NCBI RefSeq assembly: GCF_009914755.1
Contig: NC_060947.1
Length of the DNA: 64,000 nucleotides
From: the human T2T-CHM13v2.0 reference genome, Homo sapiens
Direction: 5' to 3' (one strand)
In this document: one piece after another, positions 17,824 to 38,262 of the stretch
Position numbering within the stretch: the stretch's first letter is position 1
Layout: each line of letters opens with the position of its first letter
Notes under the pieces: generated by a model
Told to the model about the DNA's origin: nothing
Databases searched by the model: none
Seen by the model: the letters and a program-made list of their open reading frames with translations, nothing else
Made by a program: the position numbers and the translations under genes

Positions 17824-18508
17824 TTAAACAAATTCTACTTTACCAAAAGTCACTTTTCTTGAAAAGTCCGGGTATGAAGGAAAAGGTGTTGGTTTTGCAG
17901 CCAGTGTGTTGGCATAAAGCTGTGTGGTGATCAAAAGAAGGCCTCCAGTGGAAAGGAGAAATCCACCCATCCAGCCGCTGGACATGGCATTGCCGCATCC
18001 CCCCGGGGCTTGTTGGGTGGGAACTCTGAGCTTTAGAACCTCCACACGGTAATATGGGCAACGTAGGACACGGACGCTCAAGTAGTGAGTCCGGCCAGAA
18101 AAACCAGAGCTCCCCCAGCAATGTTGACACTTCTCTCCCAAGAACTTCCTCCTCGGCCCCAGCATCTCAGCCACATCAGTCCCAGGATGACCGCCACAAG
18201 CCCGAGAGAACCCACAGCCCCGGCCACGCACGTGAGGACACGAGCCACCTGGAGTTTGGCAGCCAGGTTCTTTGGGCTGGCACACACTGGCACCTGTGTC
18301 TCGAGTCACACATGCTTCCCAAAGGCCCAGCATGTACTTCTCACTCTCGAGTAAACCCGAGGAGAAAGTCGGCCACTGAGGCATGCACACACAGGCCACT
18401 GAGGCATGCACTTGGCAGGCCACTGAGGCATGCCAGGGAACAGACGCGGCCAGCCACAGAGGCCAAGAGCCCCACATTTTGAATCAGCCAGATCGCCCTG
18501 CTTTTCAT
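17824..18508 (-). pseudogene. Intronless claudin pseudogene, CLDN22/24/25-like
   Basis: Joining frames gives MKSRAIWLIQNVGLLASVAGRVCSLA/CMPQWPTFSSGLLESEKYMLGLWEACVTRDTGASVCQ/NLAAKLQVARVLTCVAGAVGSLGLVAVILGLMWLRCWGRGGSSWERSVNIAGGALVFLAGLTT*ASVSYVAHITVWRF*SSEFPPNKPR/GNAMSSGWMGGFLLSTGGLLL...KVEFV*. This has the W-GLW-C-C signature, four TMs and a terminal Val. Stops are at 18078-18080 and 18033-18035. Confidence 0.88.
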
Positions 18509-19178
18509 CCTGCTCTCCAGGCCCAAGTTATTCTGGGGAAACTGTCTCTCGGTCACAACAGGACTGGCTCGTTAGATTGACATCTTGACGGATTCGCCGC
18601 AGTTCGTGCCAGCTGGTCTGCAACCATTAGTTCAGTCCTTTGTCAACCAACCAGAATGCAGCTGCTTATTAAATCGGGTTACTTGGTAACTGGGCTGCTA
18701 TTGTTCACCCTTAACTAACGCAGATGAATACCTACCATCAAAATAGGCCCAATAGAAAACCTGCTGCCAATACAGAGCCAGGTGGGAGAACCAGCAGATT
18801 GAGACAGGTATGCAGGCTTGGGAGAATTCTTGCTGGTTATAAAAGGCATGCATTTTAGCAATTTTATTTCCAAAAGGTAAACAGTTTGGGATACGGAGTT
18901 ATTAGACATTAGAGTCATCTATCACGGTTTGTTTTTTTTTTTCCTTTTCTTTTTTTCTTTGAGACAGAGTCTCGCTCTGTCACCCAGGCTGGATTGCAGT
19001 GGTGCCATCTCGGCTCACTGCAATCTCTGCCTCCTGGGTTCAAGCAACTCTCCCTGCCTCAGCCTCCCGAATAGCTTGGATTACAGGCACACACCACCAC
19101 ACCCGGCTATTTTTTGTATTTTTAATAGAGATTGGGTTCAGCCATGTTGGCCAGGCTGGTCTTGAACTTCTGACCTCA

Positions 19179-19271
<93 letters not shown>

Positions 19272-19434
19272 TCACTTTTAATTATTTTAAATTCTCTTTA
19301 GTATTGTCTCTTCCAGGGTTTGGTATCTGTATCTGGTTCCATCATTCCTAAACCTACCTTCAGAGAAAACATCTAATTAATTACCCACACCTTCCATTAA
19401 AACCAGAGATTGGGATCATTTTGAATTAGAAGAG

Positions 19435-19985
19435 ACAGACCCTTATGATCCCACAATTGTGTTCCTTGGTTTTTATCCAAATGAGCTGAGAATTCACGTC
19501 CACAGAAAAACCTGCGCACAGATGATTATAGCAGCTTTACTCATAATTGCCAAAACTTGGAAGTAACAAAGATGTCCTTTGGTAGATGAGTGGATAAACA
19601 ATGTGATACATTAAGACAATTGGATATTTTTCAGCACAAAAAGAAATGAGCTATCAAGCCATGACAAGACATGGAGGAACCCTAAATGCATATTTCCCAG
19701 TGAAAGAAGCCCATCTGAAAGGCTACGGACGGTAAGAGTTCAACAGTGTGACCCTCTGGAAACGGCAAAACTATGGAGACAGTAAAACAATCGGTGGTTT
19801 CCAGGGGCTAGAGAAGAAGGAAAGATGAAGAGGGGATTGCAGAGGATTTTTAGGGCAGTGAAACTATCTGTATGCTACCATAATGATGAACACATATCAT
19901 TGTACGTTTGTCCAAATCCATAGAATGTACAACACCAAGGATGAACCCTAATGTCAACTATGGATTCTGGTGACGATGACATGTT
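19435..19985 (+). mobile_element. L1MC-like 3' fragment
   Basis: Contains AAAAGAAATGAGCTATCAAGCCATGACAAGACATGGAGGAACC...GTCCAAATCCATAGAATGTACAACACCAAG. Confidence 0.75.
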
Positions 19986-20809
19986 GATGAAAGTGCCCTG
20001 AGGGATTGTTCACAGACCTACACCAGGAAAAGAAGTTTCTGCTCATGAATGCCACTCTGGCTCTCAACCTGTGCATGAGTGAGATCCCCACAGACGGGAG
20101 CTCACAGTTCTCTTTCTGCCCCCATTAACCTGGAAGGAATCTGGCCTCAAGAGGTGGGCAAGATTGGATCAGGCACCAGAGGCCTTGGCGGTCATTCTTG
20201 TCAGGCAGCCTTGCCAAGCTGGAGGCAGAGGCTGGTGACAGGTGGGACAGCAATTCCAAGGAGAGGTGGTGATGGCCCAAATCAGGGGCATGGCAGAGCC
20301 GTGGGGAGAGAGGAAGAGAGATGGAGGGGCAGCAGTGCCGGGATGTGGGGGTTACTGGGAAACAGAGGACAAGCAAATGCGGTGACCGGAGGGGACACCT
20401 GCACTTCTCCGTTGGGCAACTTCCCGTGCTCACGGAGGCCTCTCATGTTGTTCGTAAGCTACTGAGGCAGTGTGTGACGAGATGCTGAAACCTTGGCTGG
20501 TAAATGCACTTCAGGCCTTCAACTTCCTGGCTACTACAGCCGAGGTGGGGTTTGGGTAGCTGTGAGTAAGCCAGATGCGACGGACCGTGTAGTGATAGAG
20601 TCCTCACTGAAAGGTCCAGAAGAAATCCCATAAGGTCATCAAACCCAGGCTCTGAATGGAGTTCCACTAGGACACAGTGGGCCCGTGGATGGTAACTGTC
20701 ACATCCACAAGGCTATTCCTTGTGGCACAATCTTCGTCATAGGATCATTGAAACAGCTGAACTTGGTGGGAAGAAATCGGGAAACAGCTTTTGTTTTCCT
20801 ACCACTACC

Positions 20810-21145
20810 TTGCAAACACGATGTGGATGAACCTTGAAAACATGATGTCGAGTGAAAAAAGTCAGACACAAAAGGCCACAAATTGTACAATTCCATTTAT
20901 ATGAAATGTCCAGAGTAGAGAAATTCATAGAAACAGAAAGTAGATGAATGGTGGGCAGGGGCTGGGAAGAGGGGAATGGGGAGTGACTGCTCATGGGCAC
21001 AGGGGTCGTTTTAGGAGGGACAAAAATGTTCTGAAATTGATGGTGACAATGGTCGCACAACCTTGTGAATGTACTAAAAACCACTGCATTGTATGCTTTA
21101 CACAGGCGAGTTGTACAGTATGTGGATTATACCTCAGTAAAACTG
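20810..21145 (+). mobile_element. L1MB-like 3' end
   Basis: Contains GGATGAACCTTGAAAACAT...TTCCATTTATATGAAATGTCCAGA...GGGGAATGGGGAGTGACTGCT. Confidence 0.75.
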
Positions 21146-21501
21146 GTATATATATATATATATATAAAGAGAGAAAGAGCGAGAGAGTTCCACATTAATT
21201 TCCGATAAGCACCCTTTGTAAACTAAAAAAACAAAAGACACTTCATTCAATGCTGTCTATCTTAAACGAACACTTAAATATATCTTTAACGATGAAGGAT
21301 TAGTACAGTTTTTTCTAACCTTGGAGTGGTGGGGGCCATTTCAGGATCGCCTGTGGGGCCTTGTTCAAATCCACCCTCCCCCCAGCAAAGCACCCCCTTC
21401 ACTGACCCTGGTCTTCCCACACTTGTGAATCACTACATTAGAAGAATTCCCTGAAAATAGGGAACCAGACTTGAAAACTTGTCATTACCAAAGTTACGTA
21501 A

Positions 21502-21695
<194 letters not shown>

Positions 21696-22544
21696 AGATT
21701 GTTCTGGAAGTTCTAGCCAGGGTGCTGTAAGTCAGGAGACAGAGAAAAGAGGTATAATTATCCTAGAAGGGTGTGTGAATCTTTGTTCAGCTAAGTTGAC
21801 CCTATACCTAAAAAAAGTCCAAGAAAAGTTATTACACTACAACAGAAAGTTCAATTATATAGCTGGATACTAAATACACAAACATCAACAATCTTTTCGT
21901 GTTCCTACACAATGAGCCAGTTTGAAATTAGAATTGAAACAGAGTACTTTCACACAAAAAAGCAATAAACTCCCAAATATCTAGCAATAAGCTTAATATG
22001 AAATGTGCAAGACCCTGTATGTTGCAAACTGCTCAACCTTAGTAAGAGCCAAAAGAAGCCATGGAGACATGTCCCCAGTCCCAGATGGGGAAATTAAATT
22101 TTGCAAAGTTGTTCCACCTTCTGAGATTAATTTGTTGGCTTAATGTGATGCTAAGCAAAATGTTTATGAAAATCGGCAAATGCAAAAAATGAGCAAAACC
22201 TGCATGTATTAAGATTGTTACAGTTTATTAAGTGTAAAGTTTATATCCAAAGAAAACCAGTGTAAACACATATCAATCTCTAGTTAGTGGCATACTTGCT
22301 GAAAACTTAGGGGGATGTGTACTGATGTCTGCAATTTACTATGAAATGTATGAAAGAATAAGATGGATTGATGGATGGATAGAGGGATGAACAAATGAAT
22401 AGGTACATGAAAAAGACTATAGTAATCTGCCTCTTATCAGAGCAGAAAAATGAATAAAAAGAAAAAGGAAAATACAGTAGAATGTTAATGAGAGAATCTG
22501 GGTGGTATTTGAGTTGTTCGCTAAAATTTTTTCAACCTTGTTTA

Positions 22545-22688
<144 letters not shown>

Positions 22689-23354
22689 TTACAAAAATTA
22701 GTTGGATGTGGTGTTGCATGCCTGTGGTCCCAAATACTCAAGAAGCTGAGGGAGGAGGGTCTATTGAGCCCCGGAGTTAACGGCTGCAAGGAGCTATGAT
22801 CACGCCACTTCACTCCAGCCTGAGTGAAAAAGTGAGACCCTGTCTCAAAAAAAAAAAAGGTTCATAATAAAATGGGAAAAATACAGAGCAAAGAACAACA
22901 AAAACCAAAATGCATATAAAAGAAGATTCCAGCTTGAAAAATATGAGCTGGATAAAGATGGGGTGGAAATGGGCTAAAATGTTAACTATGATGAAATTAT
23001 AGGTGATTTTTATTTACTTGTTCATACTCCATGCATTGATTGAGCTTTTTCTTTCTTTTTAAAAACAATATCCAAGTACTACTTTTATTTTAATTTTTTT
23101 AAACAGGGTCTCACTCTGTCACCCAGGCTGGAGTGCAGTGGTGTGATCTCGGCTCACTATAGCCTCAGCCTCCCGAGTAGCTGAGACTACAGTCATGTGC
23201 CACCATGCCCGGCTAATAGTTTATTTTTTTTTTTGCAGAGATGGGGGTCTCACTTTGTTGTCCATGCTGGTCTCGAACTCCTGCTTAAGAGACCTTCCTG
23301 CCTTGGCCTCCCAAAGTGTTGGAATTACAGGTGTGAGCCATTGTCCCTGGATCA

Positions 23355-24460
<1,106 letters not shown>

Positions 24461-24464
24461 TGGG

Positions 24465-24503
24465 TGTGTGTGTGTGTGTGTGTGTATGTGTGTGTGTGTG
24501 TGT
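24465..24503. repeat. (TG)n microsatellite
   Basis: Read directly; lies immediately after the Tigger1 end. Confidence 0.9.
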
Positions 24504-25124
24504 GAGATGTTCATGGCAACATTTATTTTTAATAGAAAAGAAAAGAACTGGCCAGGCGTGGTGGCTCTCGCCTGTAATCCCAGCACTTTGGGAGGCCGAG
24601 GCAAGTGGATCACCTGAGGCCGGGAGTTCGAGACCAGCCTGAGCAACATGGAGAAACCCCATTTCTACTAAAATTACAAAATTAGCCGGATGTGGTGATG
24701 GGTGCCTGTAATCCCAGCTACTTGGGAGGCTGAGGCAGAAGAATTGCTTGAACCCAGGAGGTGGAGGTTGCGGTGAGCCTGAGATGGAGCCATTGCACTC
24801 TAGCCTGGGCAACGAGAGCAAAACTCTGTCTCAAAAAAAAAAAAAAAAAAAAAAGAAAAGAAATTAAAGCAACCAAGATATCTGAATATCTGAACAGGGT
24901 CAAAGGGTCAAACTACTAGATATTTGTATAAATGAAGAAACTTGATTTTAGGTAAACAAAGCAAGAATCAAGTATAAGAACCATGTCCAAGATTAGCACC
25001 TAAATAGCAGAAAAGCTGACTTTATACTGAGAGAACTATTATACCCTGATTTGTGTATCTCTCCTACCTAGGAACTCAGAATCTTGAGTCAATGGTAAAG
25101 TGAAATTATGGGTAATTTTTTCTT

Positions 25125-25945
<821 letters not shown>

Positions 25946-25949
25946 TAGG

Positions 25950-26690
25950 AAACTACTGAAGAAGTTTGAAGCTAGCAGAGGCTAGTTCATGAAGCTTAAG
26001 GAAAGAAGCCGTCTCCATAACATAAAAGTGCAGGGTGCAGCAGCAAGTGCTCCAGAAGACCTAGCTGAGACCACGGATGAAGGTGGCCACACTCAACAAC
26101 ACATTTTCAATGTAGACGAATGGGCTTATATTGGAAGAAGATGCTACTAGGACTTTCATACCTGGAGAGGCTTCACAGCTTCAAAGGACAGGCTGCCTCT
26201 TGTCAGGGGCTAATGCAGCTGGTGACTTTAAATTGAAGCCGACACTCATTTGCCGTTCCAAAAATCCTAAGGCCCTTAAGAATGATGCTAAATCTACTCT
26301 GCCTGTGCTCTAGAAATGGAACAAAGCCCGGATGACAGCACGTCTGTCTAGAGCATGGTTTACTGGTTTACCGAGTGTTTTAAGCCCACTGTTGAGAAGT
26401 ACTGCTCAGAAAAAAGATTCCTTTTCAAATGCTACTACCCATTGACAAGGCACCTGGTCACCCAAGAGCTCTGAGGGAGAGCTCCAGGGAGATTCACATT
26501 GTTTTCAGGCCTGCGAGCACAACATGCATTCTGCAGCCCATGGCTCCACGGATCATCTCCCCTTTCAAGTCTTATTGTTGAAGAAGTCCATTTCATAAAG
26601 CTATAGCCGCCATAGAGAGCGATTCCTCTGATGCATCTGGGCCAATCCAACGGAAAGGACTCACTGTTCCAGATGCCACTCGGAACAGTC
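25950..26690 (+). mobile_element. Tigger1 internal transposase fragment
   Basis: Contains GAAGTTTGAAGCTAGCAGAGG...GGAAAGAAGCCGTCTCCATAACATAAAAGTG. The translated remnant [38 protein letters not shown] is pogo/Tigger DDE-like. Confidence 0.85.
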
Positions 26691-27089
26691 GTGGGTTTTC
26701 GTGGAGACAGCTGAGCCCGCGGAAGGAGGCAGCTGGGACAGGGCCCCGCGGCACCGCAGCGCTGTGAGAGCAGAGCGGCTCTGACTGCGCCCGCGGCTGC
26801 AGAGCTACCGGCCTGGGGCCCTTCCTCCCGGAGGCGGGGGTGGCGGCCCAGGGGCAGTGGGCGCTGAGCGAGCTTTGGAGCAGCCTGGAAGTCTATGGTA
26901 GGGGCGTCCTCGTGGGTGCGTGGTACCAGCTTCACTGTGCCCTGGGGAATCCGATTCTCTGCCCTCCCCTTCAGCTCGGCCTGCTTCTGCACGTTCTGGG
27001 GACGATGGTCTTGCCATAGACCCCGGGAGCCAGATCCCCTCTCACAGGACATGGAGCCCCGGGGCGTGAATGCCAAAGGATACCCAGCC

Positions 27090-27290
27090 CGGCTTCCATC
27101 CGTGATTTCAGCTAGGTCTTCTGGAGAACTTGCTGCGATCTCTCCGTCAGCACTTTTATGTTATGGAGACGGCTTCTTTCCTTAAACTTCATGAACTAGC
27201 CTCTGCTAGTTTCAGACTTCTTCTGTACTTTCCTACTATATACACCTACTATGTACCCACGAACTTTATTTATTTATTCATTTATTTGAC
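27090..27290 (-). repeat. Inverted copy of 25890-26085 (Alu tail / L1MA tip / Tigger1 junction)
   Basis: Reverse complement shares GTACATAGTAGGTGTATATAGTAGGAAA...GCTAGCAGAGGCTAGTTCATGAAG.TTAAGGAAAGAAGCCGTCTCCATAACATAAAAGTG. Confidence 0.85.
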
Positions 27291-28190
27291 AGGGATGAAT
27301 GGAAGTGGAGGAAATGAAGTTACCACTTGTAGACAGCCCCTAGGCCCAGGGGCTGGGAGTGGGCGGCCCTGGCGGGGTCCAGTTCTGTGTCCTCCAGCAG
27401 AGCTGGGCCCGAGACTCGGCCGGGGCAGTCCGGGGAGGCCAGGGAGCCAGGCTGTCCTGGCTGAGCCCTGCTGCCGCCTCAGCGGTGGCCGGGAGAACAG
27501 GCTGCTCACTACCATCAGCCTGCACCAGCCACCCATCGCCTCTTTTCCGCACACAACCGGCCCCCGGGACAACCAGACACCACCGGACCGACTGGCTGCA
27601 GCTGGCGGTTCTGGGCCCGCTGAGTTGATTCAGGGCTCAAGGTTCCTCCTGTGTTGAGCCGGGGGGTTTCCTGCCGGGACAGGGGTGCTTGTGTCCGCCA
27701 CCTCCCGGGCTCACACAGCAGAGAGCATCACGGGGACGTCCTCTTGGGCGCAGGGTACCAGCTTCACTGTGCCCTGGGGAATCCGATTCTCTGCACCCAC
27801 CTCAGCTCGCCCCGCTTCTGCATGTTCTTTGTACTTTTATGGAGTCTCTGAAATTTCTATACTGCGCATGTATTAATTTTTAATAATAAAAATTACAAAT
27901 AACACATTTGGATTTTATAAATTACGTTGCAGTCATAAAGCATGCTTTCCGCCAGGTGACGGTATAAGCCCATCAAATAGTTTGAGAGTACAATATTTGG
28001 CCTGAAATTGAACACTACTGCTGTTAATTGCTCAGTTGTTTATTTTGACATGTTACTTGCACAGGTGTTATTCATTATATTGGGTTTTTTTTTGAAAGAA
28101 TGACTATAGATTTATTTGTAAAATTGGTATACAGAATAGGAGAAAAAAAAGTCACCAGTCGTGGCACTACTCAGGTATAGCCAAGGTTAA

Positions 28191-28552
<362 letters not shown>

Positions 28553-28609
28553 CAACAACACTGTTTTTTAAAAAATGTGTCCCCCTCCATACAATTGGTT
28601 TTTAAATAT

Positions 28610-29365
<756 letters not shown>

Positions 29366-29668
29366 AATTGTTTTCTAATCTATCCTTTCACATTGAATGT
29401 ATCTTGAGCGTTTTCCCAGTATCCCTAAATTCTTTGATATGGTGATTTCTAAAAGGTGCACTGTATTCCATCCTGTTGATGCACTGTGACTTGTTGCACT
29501 GATTTAAATTAGTCATTTAGGCTGTTTTAACTGTCCTTAAATTATAAAAGATTTCCCATATATAAAATATACAGAGAAGAGGCTAGGTGCCTATATACCC
29601 ACAAAAATAAAAAAAATTTAAAAACCAATTGTATGGAGGGGGACAAATTTTTTTAAAAAAGTGTTGTC

Positions 29669-30008
<340 letters not shown>

Positions 30009-30477
30009 TTACAGCCACCCAGTGAATCACTATTCCATTTTAATATGTGTTAATTTGTTGCCATCTTTGCTTCAGACATTTTTAAGAAACAATAGTTTAC
30101 AGGTAGAGTTGAATGGTTCCTCTATCCAGTTGATTCCTATCCTTCCATCCCACATGTAACCTCTAATCTGAAGGTTGTGTTTATCCTCCCTATCCCTGAT
30201 CACAGACTTTAACTACAAAAGAATGTTTCCTAAACAATACAGTATTGTTCTGAGTTTTAAAGTTTCACACATACTCACAAGAGCATATCCTTTATTCACT
30301 TAACATTATGATTTAGAGATTTACCTATGTTGACTTAGACCTAGCTGATTTTTGCTGTCCTACTATATAATTTATAAATATAATATACTTTACTAACACA
30401 TTCTCCTATTGACAAACACTTGGTTGTTTCCAATCATTGGGAATCAATGCGCTTGGGATGGGGCAGGTGCGGACTAG

Positions 30478-30493
30478 TGCCACCAGGGGGCGC
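30478..30493 (+). promoter_or_regulatory. Consensus CTCF binding motif
   Basis: TGCCACCAGGGGGCGC matches the CTCF core consensus. It sits in a locally GC/CpG-rich part of an old antisense L1M fragment. Confidence 0.75.
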
Positions 30494-30907
30494 GCGGAGA
30501 GCAGGATTGAATGGAGACGTGCGGCGTTTGGCACTCCTAGCGGAGGAATGGCTGAGCCTCTGCAGTTTCCAGGATACTGCCAAATCGCATTCCATAATGC
30601 CTCGGATTTCAGTTCTGCCAGTAGCGAATGAGATCCCATTTCCTCACATTCTCGCCACTACTGTGGGGTATGAGACTCGGCTTTGGCCTCTCTGAGGTCA
30701 AGCATCTTTTTATGCTTATTGGCTAGCAAGGTTTTGTCTTTGTGAATTTCCTACCCAGAGCCTTTGCTTCTCATCCCGTTAGGTTTGTCTTTTTCCCATT
30801 GATTTGTAGTTTTTAAAAATATATTCTTAATCCGGAGAGGATCTCTACAGCAAGCACGTGGCACGTGCAAACTGAGTAATTTAAGGTGAGTTTAACAAAG
30901 GGGCTGT

Positions 30908-31452
30908 GTGGGGCCCTCCCTATCCACCGATTCCATATCCCCAGATTCAATCAACCAGGGATTGAAAAAATTCAAACAAAAGTTCCAAAAAATGTTTCAT
31001 TGGTTTGTTGTTGTTGTGGTGGTGGCGGTGGTGGTGGTGCTGTTGATGAGGTCTCACCATGTTGCCCAAGCTGGTCTTGAACTCCTGGCCTCAAGCAATC
31101 CCCCTGCCTCCTGCCTCACCCTCCTGCGGTCCACAATGTTCCACTGTGGCTGATGTGTACTGTGTAGTTAGACCTCAGACGGTTGCATCTGTGCTGAACA
31201 TACACGGACCTTTTCTTGTCATTATTCCCCAAACGATACAGTACAACAACTATTTACATAGCATCTACATTGTATTAAATAGTATACATAATCTAGAGAT
31301 GATTTAAAGTGTACAGGGGATGTGCCTAGCTTATATGCAAATATTACACCATTTCATATCATGGACTTGAGCATCCTTGGATTTGGGGATCTGTGGGGCA
31401 TCCAGGAACCCATCTCCCACCACCCTGTGGATACAGAGAGATGGACGACTAT
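30908..31452. mobile_element. MER2-like element with an inserted Alu monomer fragment
   Basis: Contains GGCCCTCCCTATCC...GATTCAATCAACC...ACAACTATTTACATAGCATCTACATTGTATTA...GGATACAGAGAGATGGACGACT. Confidence 0.7.
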
Positions 31453-32636
31453 ATTTCTAAAAGCAGGAGCAGGTTGGGGGCAACCAACGAGGGCTGTTTC
31501 AGTACGAATGGCTGGCAACAGTGGGCGACATCTCAGCACCCCAGGCCTGAAATGGCAAACAAAAGTGTTGGGTGACCATTCTCCCTAGATGTCTCAGCAT
31601 TCCCACAGAGTCTGGTTGCTGGGAGCAAAGGGCCCTGAGAAGCTCTGGTCAGTGCTGATTGGAGAGCCACCAGTCTTGGGAGCTACAGATAGCATCTAGT
31701 AAAGATAGAGATCGTCTCCCTCTGCAGAGGCATTCCCACATCCTAAAGCCTTCTCTGTCCCCTCCCAGGAGATAAGGGCTTACCTTCCAGCGTTACAGCC
31801 CAAGAGAGCTTTTCCCTCAGCCCCTGGGCAGCGAGTGACATTCCAGGTCATGTCTATGGAGGGGAGGACGGCAGGTCATGAAGTCACCTCAAGGAAAGCT
31901 CCAGCTCCCAATTCAGGGCTCCCCTCCTGCGGCGCAACCTGCACAGCTGCAGGCGAGCACCTGGCCCTCTGCGTGGCCCATGGGAATCGGGATGGTGGGG
32001 ACCAACCCAGGAGCTTGCAGAGCTACTGCTTTCTGCTGTGAAGAACACACAGTCTGTGTCTCTGAACCGAGCCCTGCGATCTTTGGTCAGATGTGTGCAT
32101 GGAACCAGCACAGGCTACCTCGTTCCCTGGCAAGAGGGGACAATCTCAGCCCTTTCGCAGTGTCTGACTTCATAGGAATGCGCAGAAGGTGAAGTGAACT
32201 GTGCTAACAGGAGCCACACTGCAGTGGAGGCAGGCAGCCAGCTCTGGGCTGTGTTATGAGGCCAGCGTTTCCATGATGCCAAAGAGAACGGGGGTTTCCA
32301 GGGACTGGGGGAGGGCAAAATGGAGAGACGTGCGTCAAGGGGTGCAAACTTTCAGTTTCACCAGATGAATACATTCCAGAGATGTCATGTATTGCACAGT
32401 GACTATAGGTGACAATATTGCACTGTGTACTTGAAATTTGCTAACAGGGTAGATCCTAAGTGTTCTCACCACAAAGAAAAAAACATAACTATGGGACGGG
32501 GTAGATATTTAATTAGCTTGATTGTGGGAATTATTTCACAATGTACACATATATCAAATCATCAAGTTGTACAAGTAAGATATAAACATAAAATTTGTTT
32601 CTAATTTAAAAATTGTATAGTAATTTCCCCACATAA

Positions 32637-35835
<3,199 letters not shown>

Positions 35836-36504
35836 CTACTCCTCCCTTTCATGAAGGAGGTGGTCAGTCCATGTCCCAGCTTTATGCAGGAGTCTCAGTT
35901 CCGCCTAGCTTCCTGTCTTATGGGGTCAACATCATGTCTTTTACTTTCGTGCTGGAATGAAAACCTCAGCCCTTAACAGTGAGTGTCTAAGTAGGGATAC
36001 AACCCCCTTCTGACTGAGGAAAGGGATTTTTCTTCCTAGCTTGTCTGCGTATTTGATATTGGTATTCTATTTTATACAGCATGCCTATGTGTTTGGAGAA
36101 ATATGGAGGGTAGGGGATGTATTACCCAATCTGCCCAGTTGCCAGAACTGCAAGTTGGAGTCTGTTTCCAATTTTTCAATACTATAAATAATGCTATGAT
36201 GAATATCCTTGCCCATTAATGTTTATGCACATCTCTGGTTATTTTCCTTGGATAAATGCCTAGGAATGGTCAAAGAGTACGAACATTTGTAAGGTGTTTG
36301 ATATATATGTGAGGCCCCATTGCCAGCCCTCAAAAACGCACCACTTCACATTCCCTGGAATTCCTGCTTTCCGGTGCCCTTGCCAACATTTGGAACCTTT
36401 AAAAAAAAAATCACCATTTAGTTAGATTTAAAAAATACTGTGAAAAAAAGCATAGTGTGAAAACAATATTTTTATGTTTATAACTAGTTAGAAAAAAATC
36501 AAGA

Positions 36505-37650
<1,146 letters not shown>

Positions 37651-37779
37651 ATGCTACTGTGCACTCTGTTGAGCATAAAACTCAAGCAACACATCACTGA
37701 AACAGTGATTACTGTTACCTGAACTTTTGTCTAGATTGATGCTTCTTTTTATTAGCCCCACCCATTTCTCCCCTTCTTC

Positions 37780-38262
37780 ATCAATGCTTCTTCAACTTAA
37801 TGTGCATGGGAATCACCTGAGGAGCTTGTTAAAGAGCAGGTTCTGATTCTGAGGAGCTTGTTAAAGAGCAGATTCTGATTTTGTAGGTCCAGGGTGTGGC
37901 CTGAGAATACTCCCCGCATTTTTTTTTTTTGAGACTGAGTCTCGCTTTGCCGCCAGGCTGGAGTGCAGTGACACGATCTTGGCTCACTGCAACCTCTGCA
38001 TCCCAGGTTCAAGCGATTCTCCTGCCTCAGCCTCCTAAGTAGCTGGGACTACAGGTGCGTGCCACCATGCCCAGCTAATTTTTGTATTTTTAGTAGAGAC
38101 AGGGTTTCACCATGTTGGCCAGGATGGTCTCGATCTCTTGACCTCGTGATCCGCCTGCCTCGGCCTCCCAAAGTGCTGGGATTACAGATGTGAGCCACTG
38201 CGCCCGGCCGAGAATCCCCATTTTTAATGAGGATGCTGATGGTGCTGCTCTGTGGACCACAG
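37780..38262. mobile_element. MER5A-like element interrupted by an Alu (37919-38208)
   Basis: Contains GGAATCACCTGAGGAGCTTGTTAAAGAGCAG.TTCTGATTC (locally duplicated) and GATGCTGATGGTGCTGCTCTGTGGACCACA. Confidence 0.6.

Noticed and set aside
18371-18433. Repeat-spacer pattern resembling a mini CRISPR array
   Set aside because: Only three 16-bp units with 7-8 bp spacers, in primate DNA with no cas genes; this is slippage duplication.
17824-18477. The 217-aa minus-strand ORF as a functional claudin
   Set aside because: It is in the claudin frame only for ECL1 and TM4/tail. The middle is out of frame, it lacks TM1-TM3 and it starts at a non-homologous ATG. It stays open only through compensating frameshifts.
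26131-26313. Domesticated Tigger transposase gene
   Set aside because: Short fragment with stops, frameshifts and deletions; a fossil only.
26435-27657. 213-aa and 175-aa ORFs in the GC-rich core
   Set aside because: They run across Tigger1 and duplicated junctions, show no recognisable domain, and are expected by chance at this GC content.
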